A stretch of 21,135 nt of DNA, from the NCBI GenBank assembly GCA_049969615.1, contig JBMFOM010000023.1:1-21135 (forward strand). The letters run 5' to 3'. Positions within the stretch are counted from its first letter, which is position 1. Each line of letters starts with the position of its first letter. The translations under genes were made by a program, and so were the position numbers. The DNA comes from a candidate division WOR-3 bacterium. GTDB lineage: Bacteria; Hydrothermota; Hydrothermia; JBDRYB01. Of this stretch, positions 12,995 to 21,135 are shown piece after piece. A model generated the notes under the pieces. It did no database searches and was not told the origin of the DNA. It saw only the letters and a list, made by a program, of their open reading frames with translations.

Positions 12995-15283
12995 TTATAA
13001 ACCGCGCCCTAGCGCTTTGGCAAATGCAGGATCCTCCATAAACCTCGTCCCAGCGACAAGGGCCTGGCCCAGGCAAAGGCCCCCGTCGTTCGGCGGGACG
13101 CGCTGGTGCCAGTAAATCCGAATGCCTCCGGCCTCCTCAACCAGAAGCCTCAGAAGAACCCTGTTCTGCCAGCATCCCCCTGAGACAAAAACCCTGTCGT
13201 GGCCGAGGAGTTTCGCGAGCTCAAGTCCAGCCATAACCAGGGTCCTGTGAAACCTCATGGCAATGAGGGAGGTATCCTTGCCCCCCTCAATATCACGGAG
13301 GATCTGCCTGAGCATGGGCCGCCAGTCAACCTCAAACAATTCGCTGTCCCTGGTTATCTCATACTCGTAATAGCCCTTCGCTCGCCTGCATAAGAATTCC
13401 AACTCCATCGCAGATTGACCCTCAAAGGAGACCTTTTGTCTTATGCCCAGGATTGACGCGACCCCATCAAAGAGCCTACCGACAGCGGAGGTCATGGGCG
13501 AACGGAAACCGGTTTTCCACATCCTGAAGAGGACGGCGCGCTGATCCGGGGGAAAATGCTTCACGGGATTAGCCTTCAGATCAAGGGCCTCCTCCCCAAA
13601 GGAATCAAGCAGAAGAGAAAGCCCGGAGCGCGCGGGTTCCTTTATCCCGGCTTCGCCCCCTATGAGCCTGAATGGCCTGAAGCGGCCAACCCTCTGATAA
13701 ACCAGCCAATCACCGACCAGAAACTCCCCTCCCCAGACCGTCCCGTCAGACCCCCAGCCTGTACCATCCCAGCAGAAACCAAGGACCGGCTCGTCAACAT
13801 CGTGCTCGCCCGCGACTGAGACCAGGTGGGCGTGATGGTGTTGGATTTGGATCAGGGGGAAACCGAGTCCCTCGCCAAACCTGGTTGAGGGATAATCCGG
13901 GTGCATGTCAATCGCGACGCCTTCTGGCTCAAACTCCCAGAGCCTCATCATGTCATAAACTGTTTCCCGAAAAGCCGAAAAAGCCTCCGGCGTGTCAAGA
14001 TCACCGATGTGTTGAGATATAAAAACATTCCTTTCAATGGCTATAGCAATTGTGTTCTTGTGATGGCCACCAAGGGCGAGAACCCGCGGCAGTTCCCTCT
14101 TTACCCGAACTGGCAGTGGAGCGAGGCCCCTCGCCCTACGCAGGGGAATGCGTGTGCTATCAAATATGAAGAGAACAGAATCATCAACACGCCTGACTAT
14201 GCCTCTATCGTGAAGGAGAAAGGCATCGGCTATGCCGGCCAGCCTCACCAGCGCGTCGGAATTATCCATTGCCATTGGCTCGTCGGAGAGATTGCCGCTG
14301 GTCGCCACGCAGGGGAATCTGGCCTCACGCATCAGGAGGTGGTGCAAAGGCGTATAAGGAAGGAAACAGCCAAGATAGGGGTTTCCGGGCGCCACGCCGG
14401 ACGCTATCTCGGAATCCTTTCGTCTTCTGAGAAGCACTATGGGAGCCTCTGGAGAAACCAGAGCCATCTCCTCCTCACGGCCAAGAAAGCAATTCGCACG
14501 AATATCCTTCAGGGACGGGAACATTACCGCGAGGGGTTTCTCGTATCTGTGTTTTCTTTCCCTGAGGGTCTGGACCGCCTCTGGATTCCGCGCGTCGCAA
14601 AACAGGTGAAACCCACCCAGGCCCTTGACAGCCACTATCATGCCACGAGAAAGGAGGACCGCTGTTTCACTTACGGCGGCATGACCTCTGAGCATCTCGC
14701 GGCCGTGCCTATCGGCAAGCCAAACATAGGGCCCGCAGACAGCACAAGCATTGGGTTGGGCGTGGTATCTTCTGTCCGTTGGGTCCTCGTATTCGGCAAG
14801 GCAATCCCGACACATCTTGAAGACCTTCATTGTGGTCATCGGCCTGTCGTAGGGTAGAGCCTCTATTATGGAAAAGCGCGGCCCACAATCCGTGCAGTTG
14901 ATGAAGGGGTAAAGGTACCGACGATTGGCGGGATCAAAAAGCTCCTGAAGGCACTTCTCGCATGTGGCTATGTCCGGGAGGACCAGGACGGTAGGCCGGG
15001 CCGATCTGGTGCTCTTCCTTATCTCAAAACCATGATAGCCAACCGGGTCGTGCCAGGAGAACTCAAGGGAATATATCCTTGATGCTCTGGGCTTCTCGGA
15101 TTCAAGCCGGGAAAGGAATTTCATCAGAACGGATTCTTCGGCCTCCGCCTCAATAAAAACACCCTCCTCGGAGTTCAGCACCCAGCCAGAAACCCCGAGC
15201 TCGCCCGCGAGCCGGGCCACGAACGGTCGCATCCCAACACCTTGGACAGCGCCCCGGATGACGATCTTCAGGAGCCTTCGCAA
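12995..15283 (-). CDS. hypF: Carbamoyltransferase HypF
   Basis: Acylphosphatase-like GAVQGVGMRPFV, zinc fingers CEKC/CTDCGPR/CRDC/CAVCGP, KGLGGFHL, QHHHAH, PPNDGG; start probably TTG 15283 (ATG 15301 alternative). Confidence 0.95.
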   Translation of the reverse strand: MRRLLKIVIRGAVQGVGMRPFVARLAGELGVSGWVLNSEEGVFIEAEAEESVLMKFLSRLESEKPRASRIYSLEFSWHDPVGYHGFEIRKSTRSARPTVLVLPDIATCEKCLQELFDPANRRYLYPFINCTDCGPRFSIIEALPYDRPMTTMKVFKMCRDCLAEYEDPTDRRYHAQPNACAVCGPYVWLADRHGREMLRGHAAVSETAVLLSRGMIVAVKGLGGFHLFCDARNPEAVQTLRERKHRYEKPLAVMFPSLKDIRANCFLGREEEMALVSPEAPIVLLRRRKDSEIASGVAPGNPYLGCFLPYTPLHHLLMREARFPCVATSGNLSDEPMAMDNSDALVRLAGIADAFLLHDRGIVRRVDDSVLFIFDSTRIPLRRARGLAPLPVRVKRELPRVLALGGHHKNTIAIAIERNVFISQHIGDLDTPEAFSAFRETVYDMMRLWEFEPEGVAIDMHPDYPSTRFGEGLGFPLIQIQHHHAHLVSVAGEHDVDEPVLGFCWDGTGWGSDGTVWGGEFLVGDWLVYQRVGRFRPFRLIGGEAGIKEPARSGLSLLLDSFGEEALDLKANPVKHFPPDQRAVLFRMWKTGFRSPMTSAVGRLFDGVASILGIRQKVSFEGQSAMELEFLCRRAKGYYEYEITRDSELFEVDWRPMLRQILRDIEGGKDTSLIAMRFHRTLVMAGLELAKLLGHDRVFVSGGCWQNRVLLRLLVEEAGGIRIYWHQRVPPNDGGLCLGQALVAGTRFMEDPAFAKALGRGL

Positions 15284-15327
15284 GACAATATTATCCTCCA
15301 TGGGGCGAGAGAAATTCACGCCGGGGA

Positions 15328-15996
15328 TTAGAGCTTCAGGGCCTTCTTCATTGACAGAAAAACACCCAGACCAGTGCCATCGCCAAGAATGCGTTCGGAA
15401 TTGCGCTCCGGATGAGGCATCATTCCCAAGACATTGCGGCGCTCGTTGATTATGCCGGCTATGGCGTTCAGCGAGCCGTTGGGGTTTTCGGGGTGGTATC
15501 TGAAGACAACGAGGCCCTGTTTCTCAAGCCTCTCAAGCTCTGGTTCGGACAGGTAATATCTACCCTCTGAATGGGCTATGGGCATACGGATGAGCTGGCC
15601 CTTCTGGTAATGAGAGGTAAAGGGGGTATCGTTTCTCTCAACCAGAAGCTCAACGGTCCTACAGATGAAGCGCCTAGTTATGTTCTTGGCCAGAGCGCCT
15701 GGCAGAATTCCGGCCTCAGTCAATATCTGAAACCCGTTGCATATGCCGATCACCAGGCCCTTTTCCTTCTCAACATATTCAACGACCGCGTCCATCACCG
15801 GAGAGAAACGGGCTATTGAACCCGCCCTCAGGTAATCCCCATATGAAAAGCCTCCAGGTAAAACCACAAGGCCATAGGCATCAAGCCGAGTATCCCTGTG
15901 CCAGATGAACTCCGCGGGTATGCCCGCGACCGAGAGCGCGTGGAGCGCGTCCGCGTCGCAGTTTGAACCGGGGAATATGACGACGCCCGCTTTCAA
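15328..15996 (-). CDS. purQ: FGAM synthase glutaminase subunit
   Basis: [49 protein letters not shown]; overlaps the purL stop. Confidence 0.96.
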   Translation of the reverse strand: MKAGVVIFPGSNCDADALHALSVAGIPAEFIWHRDTRLDAYGLVVLPGGFSYGDYLRAGSIARFSPVMDAVVEYVEKEKGLVIGICNGFQILTEAGILPGALAKNITRRFICRTVELLVERNDTPFTSHYQKGQLIRMPIAHSEGRYYLSEPELERLEKQGLVVFRYHPENPNGSLNAIAGIINERRNVLGMMPHPERNSERILGDGTGLGVFLSMKKALKL

Positions 15997-18125
15997 GATT
16001 CCATCTCCTTTTCAATTGATGAATATGCCTCCCTGAGGGCTGATAGGCTTATCTTCTTGCCATTCATGACAAACACATCGCCTCCGGTCTCGGCAATCTT
16101 TATGGCTGGGATCCCGTGCTTTTCAGCTATCCAAAGCACAGAAGCCTCGTGCCCGGTCTTCACGCCAACGACGAACGCGCCCCTGCCCTCACCAAAGAGA
16201 AGAACCGGGTCCTCCGGCAGGTTTAGGCTCAACCCAACTCCACCCAGAATACAGCACTCAGCCAGGGCAGTGAGCAATCCGCCGTCAGACACATCGTGAC
16301 AGGAGAGGAGCAAGCCTCCTGCGTGCATCTCAAGGATTGCCTCTGTGAGGTTTCTCTCGTAATAAAGATCGGTCTCCCTCAGGCGCCCGGAAATCTCGGA
16401 GAAAACGGCTTGAAAGAGGCTACCCGGAAAGGAACCAGGGTCGCCAACCAGGAGAACCGAAAGCCCCCCATCCGGGAAACCGGCCTTGCACGCCAAAGAT
16501 ACATCATCCAGAATACCGATCATGCCTATAACCGGCGTGGGAAAAACCTTGTGGGTCTCGGTCTGGTTATAAAAGCTGACATTGCCGGATACAACGGGAA
16601 TATTGAGTCCGGCCGCGGCCTCAGCTATGCCCGCGACGGCCTCCGCAAATCCCCAGAGCACCTCCGGATCCTCGGGGCTAGCAAAATTGAGGCAATCAGT
16701 GAGACCCAGCGGCCTCGCCCCAACGGCAACCAGGTTTCTCGTGGCCTCGCAGACCGCCCTCCTCGCGCCTTCCCGGGGGTCCATATGAAGGAACCTGGAA
16801 TTGCAATCAACGGTGAGTGCGAAACCAAACCCTTCTCCCTTGATCCGCATGACGGCCGCGTCGGCCGGCCCGGGGACAACCGCTGTGTTAGTCATGACCG
16901 TGTGATCATATTGGCGGAAGACCCAGGTCTTGTCAGCAACATCCGGCTCCGACAGGAGCCTGAGCAATGCCTTGTCCCAGGGCACATCCGGAACACGGGG
17001 GGATTTCTCAGAGATCAATGAGATATGGGCTGGTTCGCTTCTGGGTAGGTTTCTTACAGGACAAGCACCCAAGGCCTCGGATGGTATTTCAGCGACAATC
17101 TTGCTATTGTGCCAGGCCCGGAAAACGGGATCTTCTATCACATGGCCTATCACCTCAGCGTTCAGGTCCCATTTATGATATATGTCAATGATCTCACGTT
17201 CTCGCCCAGCCTCCACACACATGACCATACGCTCCTGGGATTCGGATATGAGGATCTCCCAGCTCTTGAGGTCAGGAACACGCAGGGGAACCCTCTCAAG
17301 GAATATCTCAGCGCCCAGGCCCCCTTTGTGCGCCATCTCGCCGAGACCGGAAAGCCCTCCCGCGCCCAGGTCCTGAATCCCGAGTATCGCTCCGGTGGCA
17401 AGGGCCTCAAGCGTAGCCTCAATCAAAAGCTTCTCCATGAATGGGTCTCCCACCTGGACAGCTGGCCTCTTCTCCTCGGTGTCTCCGGTCAGATCCTCGG
17501 ACGCAAAGGCCGCGCCACCCATGCCGTCCCTGCCCGTGGTTGAGCCAGCGAGGATTATGGGATTACCGGGGCCAACCAGCCTCGCGCGCACGAAATCCCC
17601 CTCACGCATTATCCCAACGCACATCACATTCACCAGGGGGTTTCCCGTGTAGGATTCGTCAAAATATACCTCTCCGGCAACTGTGGGCACCCCAACGGAG
17701 TTGCCATAGAAAGAGATCCCGTGGACAACGCCGTCAAAGAGCCACTTTGACCTCTCATCCGAGAGGGGGCCAAAACGCAGGGAATCCGCCAGGGCCACAG
17801 GCCTCGCCCCAACCGAGAGCACATCCCGGATTATACCCCCTATGCCTGTTGCGGCGCCGTGGACCGGCTCAACCGCGGAGGGATGATTGTGGCTCTCCAT
17901 CTTGAAAGCCACGCACCAACCGTTCCTGAGCCGGACTATGCCCGCGTTCTCACCGGGGCCTTGAATGACCCAGGGCGCCTCTGTGGGGAGAAGTCTCAGG
18001 TAGGGACGCGAGGACTTGTAGGAGCAGTGCTCTGACCAGAGCACGGAGAAAACCGCCTCCTCGGTTGGATTCGGGTCTCTTCCGAGAAAGCCTCTTATCG
18101 CGTCTCGCTCTTCGGGTGTGAACAA
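15993..18125 (-). CDS. purL: FGAM synthase II (small PurL)
   Basis: [54 protein letters not shown]. Confidence 0.96.
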   Translation of the reverse strand: MFTPEERDAIRGFLGRDPNPTEEAVFSVLWSEHCSYKSSRPYLRLLPTEAPWVIQGPGENAGIVRLRNGWCVAFKMESHNHPSAVEPVHGAATGIGGIIRDVLSVGARPVALADSLRFGPLSDERSKWLFDGVVHGISFYGNSVGVPTVAGEVYFDESYTGNPLVNVMCVGIMREGDFVRARLVGPGNPIILAGSTTGRDGMGGAAFASEDLTGDTEEKRPAVQVGDPFMEKLLIEATLEALATGAILGIQDLGAGGLSGLGEMAHKGGLGAEIFLERVPLRVPDLKSWEILISESQERMVMCVEAGREREIIDIYHKWDLNAEVIGHVIEDPVFRAWHNSKIVAEIPSEALGACPVRNLPRSEPAHISLISEKSPRVPDVPWDKALLRLLSEPDVADKTWVFRQYDHTVMTNTAVVPGPADAAVMRIKGEGFGFALTVDCNSRFLHMDPREGARRAVCEATRNLVAVGARPLGLTDCLNFASPEDPEVLWGFAEAVAGIAEAAAGLNIPVVSGNVSFYNQTETHKVFPTPVIGMIGILDDVSLACKAGFPDGGLSVLLVGDPGSFPGSLFQAVFSEISGRLRETDLYYERNLTEAILEMHAGGLLLSCHDVSDGGLLTALAECCILGGVGLSLNLPEDPVLLFGEGRGAFVVGVKTGHEASVLWIAEKHGIPAIKIAETGGDVFVMNGKKISLSALREAYSSIEKEMES

Positions 18126-18145
18126 GGGAGAAATTATAACTCATT

Positions 18146-18210
18146 TTCCACGCAGGATCATGCATTTGAGTATCTAGAAAGACCGAACGAATCCGAGGAA
18201 ATGATTTTAG
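18146..18210. repeat. Dispersed intergenic repeat A, diverged copy 3
   Basis: CGCAGGATCA..CA.TTG.GTAT.T.G..AGACC...AT C.GAGG.AATG.TT.TA aligns by eye with 610-680 at roughly 70 percent. Confidence 0.6.
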
Positions 18211-18585
18211 TTTCTCAAGGTCTTTCTCCCTGTTAACAGCGCGGGGTCAAAGTCTCAACCCTTCGTGGCCTCGCCCATATTTTGCAGAAGCAACGGTGAC
18301 ACTGCTGTGGCTGTTGACTTCTTTCCCCTCAAGTTCTATGCGGTATCCATCAAGGGCAAACCCGAGCTCCTGGACAGCTTTACCGTGAGGATCAAGGGCC
18401 ACAAGAACTTTTCCACCCATAATGGGGAAATGGACGAGGAACCTGATCCCTTCATCAAGTAGCTTGAGGAAGAATGCACATCCAACCACCCTGTCTTGGG
18501 CGGCATAAGGGGCAACGCGGTTCTCCTGTGTGGATTCGGAGCGAATATGTGGGTTGGAATGCTCTGGAAAGCGGTGGCCAAATAG
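18211..18585 (+). pseudogene. Possible degraded gene fragment with internal TAG (18460-18462)
   Basis: One frame reads protein-like through ...DPFIK*LEEECT... to TAG 18583-18585; no start signal or family recognised. Confidence 0.3.
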
Positions 18586-18624
18586 CTAGAGGAGCCCTTG
18601 ACGGTCGCTGGCCTCCAGATGTAG

Positions 18625-18654
18625 TTGCCTCATCCATATCCCTTGCTTTATGCT
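18625..18654 (+). promoter_or_regulatory. Putative leaderless promoter of the pilin-like / Wzz operon
   Basis: TTGCCT (18625-18630), 18 bp, TATGCT (18649-18654), 6 bp, ATG 18661. Confidence 0.6.
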
Positions 18655-18660
18655 TTGTTC

Positions 18661-19146
18661 ATGAAGAATAGGGGTAATTTACTTTTAATCGTTCTCTTCT
18701 TTGCCCTGCTCTCCTTTGCCATGTGGAGGTTCTGGTCTGTCAAGGAAGAACTCCTTGTCACAAAGGTCACGGAGAACATGTATTTCCTGCAGGGAAAGTT
18801 AGAGGAATTCAAGACCCTGGCAGGTGCTTATCCCGTTGATCTGACCATGACCGTAGGCGAGGCCGTGGACACCCTTTTGAGCGATTACTCGGTTGCGGGC
18901 GAGATGGACGCCAATGGCATGGAGAACCCATTTGGCGGGGACGCGCTCCTTGTTCTTCCTGTGGGTTCGGAGCCTCCCGGAGAAGCAATCCCCGGACTGG
19001 TAGTTTATGTTCCACAGGACACACTCCCAGGAGGCAAACTCGCCAGATCATACAGGATAACAGGTTATAACAGGTCGGGGCGAAGGCTCGGACTTTCGCT
19101 TTCGCCGCCAGGGGCCCCGGGAGAGGCGGTGCCTGTAGAAAGATGA
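18661..19146 (+). CDS. Pilin/pseudopilin-like membrane-anchored protein
   Basis: MKNRG then hydrophobic helix, amphipathic NMYFLQGKLEEF, GAYP, NPF and YRITG motifs typical of GspG-like folds; lacks Phe+1/Glu+5. Confidence 0.6.
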   Translation: MKNRGNLLLIVLFFALLSFAMWRFWSVKEELLVTKVTENMYFLQGKLEEFKTLAGAYPVDLTMTVGEAVDTLLSDYSVAGEMDANGMENPFGGDALLVLPVGSEPPGEAIPGLVVYVPQDTLPGGKLARSYRITGYNRSGRRLGLSLSPPGAPGEAVPVER

Positions 19147-20330
19147 AACAGCAGTTAAGGTCTGCCATTGAGACTGCTATTTCCTGGAGGGGATTGATGT
19201 ATGGCAATCTCATTATCGTAGTTGTGGCGTCCCTCGTTTCCGTTTTCGTGACCCCATACAGATATACCGCGCAGGCAGTCCTCATGCCCTCCATTGACGA
19301 GGGGACGGTCGTTCTCCTGGGTGGGACTGTTGCTCCGGAGGGTGGTATCAGCTCCCTGGTGGCAACCGGCGGGATGTTCACCACCCCCTCAGACATATAC
19401 TATGACCTCCTCAATTCCCGTTCCGTCAGGGAAAGCCTTATAGTCCGTCTTAGGCTGGACAAGCGCTACAAGGACAAGACGATTGACGATGCCCTCCTCA
19501 CCCTTGAACGCCATCTCTCAACCAGAGTAACCCCTTCTGGCATGATAATCCTTGAATATACTGACAAAGACCCAAACCTGGCCACCCAGGCCCTGGATAG
19601 TCTCATAGACATACTTGACGAGTTCAACCGGCGCCTCATAGTCACAAAAGGCACCAAGATGAGGACTTTCCTTGAGGGCAGACTCGTTGAGATTGATGAT
19701 TCCATGCGAAAGGTGGAGGATTCTCTTAAGCGCTTCCAGTCCAAATATAAGACCACTGGCCTTCCGGAGGAGGTCTCCGGAATAATCTCCGCCTACTCTC
19801 AGATGAAGGCTCAGCTCATAAGCAAAAAATACCTTCTCGGGTCAGTTTTGCAATATGCTCAACCCAACCACCCTGATGTATTGGCCCTAAAGAGGGACAT
19901 AGCCAGCCTTGAATCCCAGCTCGCAAAAATGGAAAAAGGCGGGACAGGCGGGTTCGGCGCCGGATTTGGCGTTGCCTTTGACAGCCTCCCAGATGTAATG
20001 GTTGAACTGGCGAGGCTCCAAAGGGAGGTGGAAGTCCAGGGAGCCATTTATGAGGTTCTGATGGAGGAATACGAGCGAGCAAAGCTCCTTGAGAAGCGCG
20101 ACGCACCCACCATTCAGATTGTTGATCCGCCCAGAATCCCCCAAAGGAGGGTCTGGCCGAAGAGGACCATTTTCATGGCGACTGTGGCTTTTGGCGCGCT
20201 CTTGGTCTCGCTTTGCATGGTCCTATACGCGGAGAGCCTTGAACGCCTCATGGCCAGAGAGGACAGTCCGGCCGGCAGGGCCATAAAGACCATATCCAGG
20301 GACCTCGCGTTCTGGAGGAGAGAGAAGTGA
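19143..20330 (+). CDS. Wzz/GumC-type polysaccharide chain-length determinant (GNVR-like), no kinase domain
   Basis: TM, PYRYTAQAVLMP, DLLNSRSV, DKDP.LA, coiled coils, PNHPDV, IQIVDPPRIP..WPKR, TM. Confidence 0.88.
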   Translation: MKQQLRSAIETAISWRGLMYGNLIIVVVASLVSVFVTPYRYTAQAVLMPSIDEGTVVLLGGTVAPEGGISSLVATGGMFTTPSDIYYDLLNSRSVRESLIVRLRLDKRYKDKTIDDALLTLERHLSTRVTPSGMIILEYTDKDPNLATQALDSLIDILDEFNRRLIVTKGTKMRTFLEGRLVEIDDSMRKVEDSLKRFQSKYKTTGLPEEVSGIISAYSQMKAQLISKKYLLGSVLQYAQPNHPDVLALKRDIASLESQLAKMEKGGTGGFGAGFGVAFDSLPDVMVELARLQREVEVQGAIYEVLMEEYERAKLLEKRDAPTIQIVDPPRIPQRRVWPKRTIFMATVAFGALLVSLCMVLYAESLERLMAREDSPAGRAIKTISRDLAFWRREK

Positions 20331-20551
20331 ACCAGACCATCCTTTGGTTCGTGTTTTTTCTTGTTTTCACAGTGATCTACACATTCTTCAGGGCAAGGTG
20401 GTGGCTTTACTTGGCCATTATCCTTCTTGACGCTACTGTTCTGGCGGCCCTGGGTCTTGATGACATGACACAGCTCATAGCCATAGCCATAATGATACTG
20501 GGATTTGTTGTTCTGGACTTAGTGATATTCAGGCACAGGAGGCCCGCCTAA
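20327..20551 (+). CDS. Small three-TM membrane protein
   Basis: GTGA overlap with upstream stop, GGAGG upstream, hydrophobic segments with basic C-terminus. Confidence 0.75.
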   Translation: MNQTILWFVFFLVFTVIYTFFRARWWLYLAIILLDATVLAALGLDDMTQLIAIAIMILGFVVLDLVIFRHRRPA

Positions 20552-20577
20552 TCCGGATAACTCCTTATGAGCGAGCG

Positions 20578-21096
20578 CTACTTTATCATGTAATCAACCA
20601 ACTCCCAAGTCCAACCGCTCCTCCCGGTTTCTCCCTTCAGAACCCGCGTTTTCTTGACCATTCCAATCCCCCTTGCCCACCACTCTATTATCTCCTCGTC
20701 CATGTTTATTGGCCCAGATATAAACTTTCGTTTCCTGGCTATCCGGATACAAGAGAACTGTCCGGCGATAACCGTTATTTCCTCTGTGCATGAGATCCAC
20801 GCCCTACCCCCGGCCCAATCCCAGGCCGCCCAATTTTTCATGGGACCGACCAGGAGGACTTCGGATTTCCCTCCGGCTGAATAGCTGGACTCATTGGTCA
20901 ACCAGAGGGTATCCCCTGATAAGTGTAGGATTTGTGTTTCGCCGGGGTTTTCAAGAATGAAACCGGTCTCGGTTTTCTCAGTTATCTCAAACCGTAGCTC
21001 CTTCGCGTCTTCATACTGGTAGTATATCGTGTAGGTCCAACGGTTGCCCTTTGCCAAGAGCTCCCCGAATAAATTCGGGGTTCTTGCTCCGCTCAT
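20578..21096 (-). CDS. Hypothetical exported beta-rich protein, 5' region occupied by the palindromic element; true start uncertain
   Basis: LAKGNRWTY, EEITVIAGQFSCIRI, EWWARGIGMVK, WELVDY pattern; annotated ATG lies inside the repeat. Confidence 0.7.
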   Translation of the reverse strand: MSGARTPNLFGELLAKGNRWTYTIYYQYEDAKELRFEITEKTETGFILENPGETQILHLSGDTLWLTNESSYSAGGKSEVLLVGPMKNWAAWDWAGGRAWISCTEEITVIAGQFSCIRIARKRKFISGPINMDEEIIEWWARGIGMVKKTRVLKGETGRSGWTWELVDYMIK

Positions 21097-21135
21097 GAGG
21101 CTCCCCGCATCCCCGAATAAATGAGGCTCCCCGCA
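21063..21135. repeat. Second locus of the 48-bp REP-like palindromic element
   Basis: 21063-21110 identical to the 12751-12798 unit, then an internally deleted unit running to the window edge; preceded by AAGAGCT as at 12744. Confidence 0.92.

Noticed and set aside
13901-14857. Long antisense ORFs (also 6104-6793, 7012-7695, 10841-11428, 16296-17021)
   Set aside because: Fully inside well-supported genes on the opposite strand, with no recognisable motifs.

Overview
Bacterial chromosomal segment with mostly unlinked housekeeping genes: hutI, a stand-alone tRNA-Ile(GAT), glutamate dehydrogenase, two lipoproteins, tldD, a DUF354 protein, an SPFH protein, an alpha/beta hydrolase, pyrD, hypD, hypF, purQ, purL, a pilin-like protein and a Wzz/GumC-like protein. 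The unusual signal is mostly non-coding or nested. (1) A REP-like double-palindrome element sits in frame inside two unrelated ORFs at the same AAGAGCTC site, and is tandemly expanded (3 x 48 bp) in one of them. (2) An internally deleted IS1634-like transposase remnant lies where hypC normally sits, and a 159-bp MITE elsewhere shares its terminus. (3) Two further dispersed intergenic repeat families are present in three copies each; one appears to donate -35 boxes to hypD and purL. (4) A regular promoter geometry (-35, 18 bp, -10, 6 bp, start codon) implies that many genes here are leaderless. (5) One lipoprotein has a Braun (Lpp)-like coiled coil and ends in Lys. (6) A probable DruA (DUF4338) N-terminal remnant is in frame with the DUF354 gene. 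No CRISPR array or rRNA was found. All family calls come from recalled motifs, not database searches.
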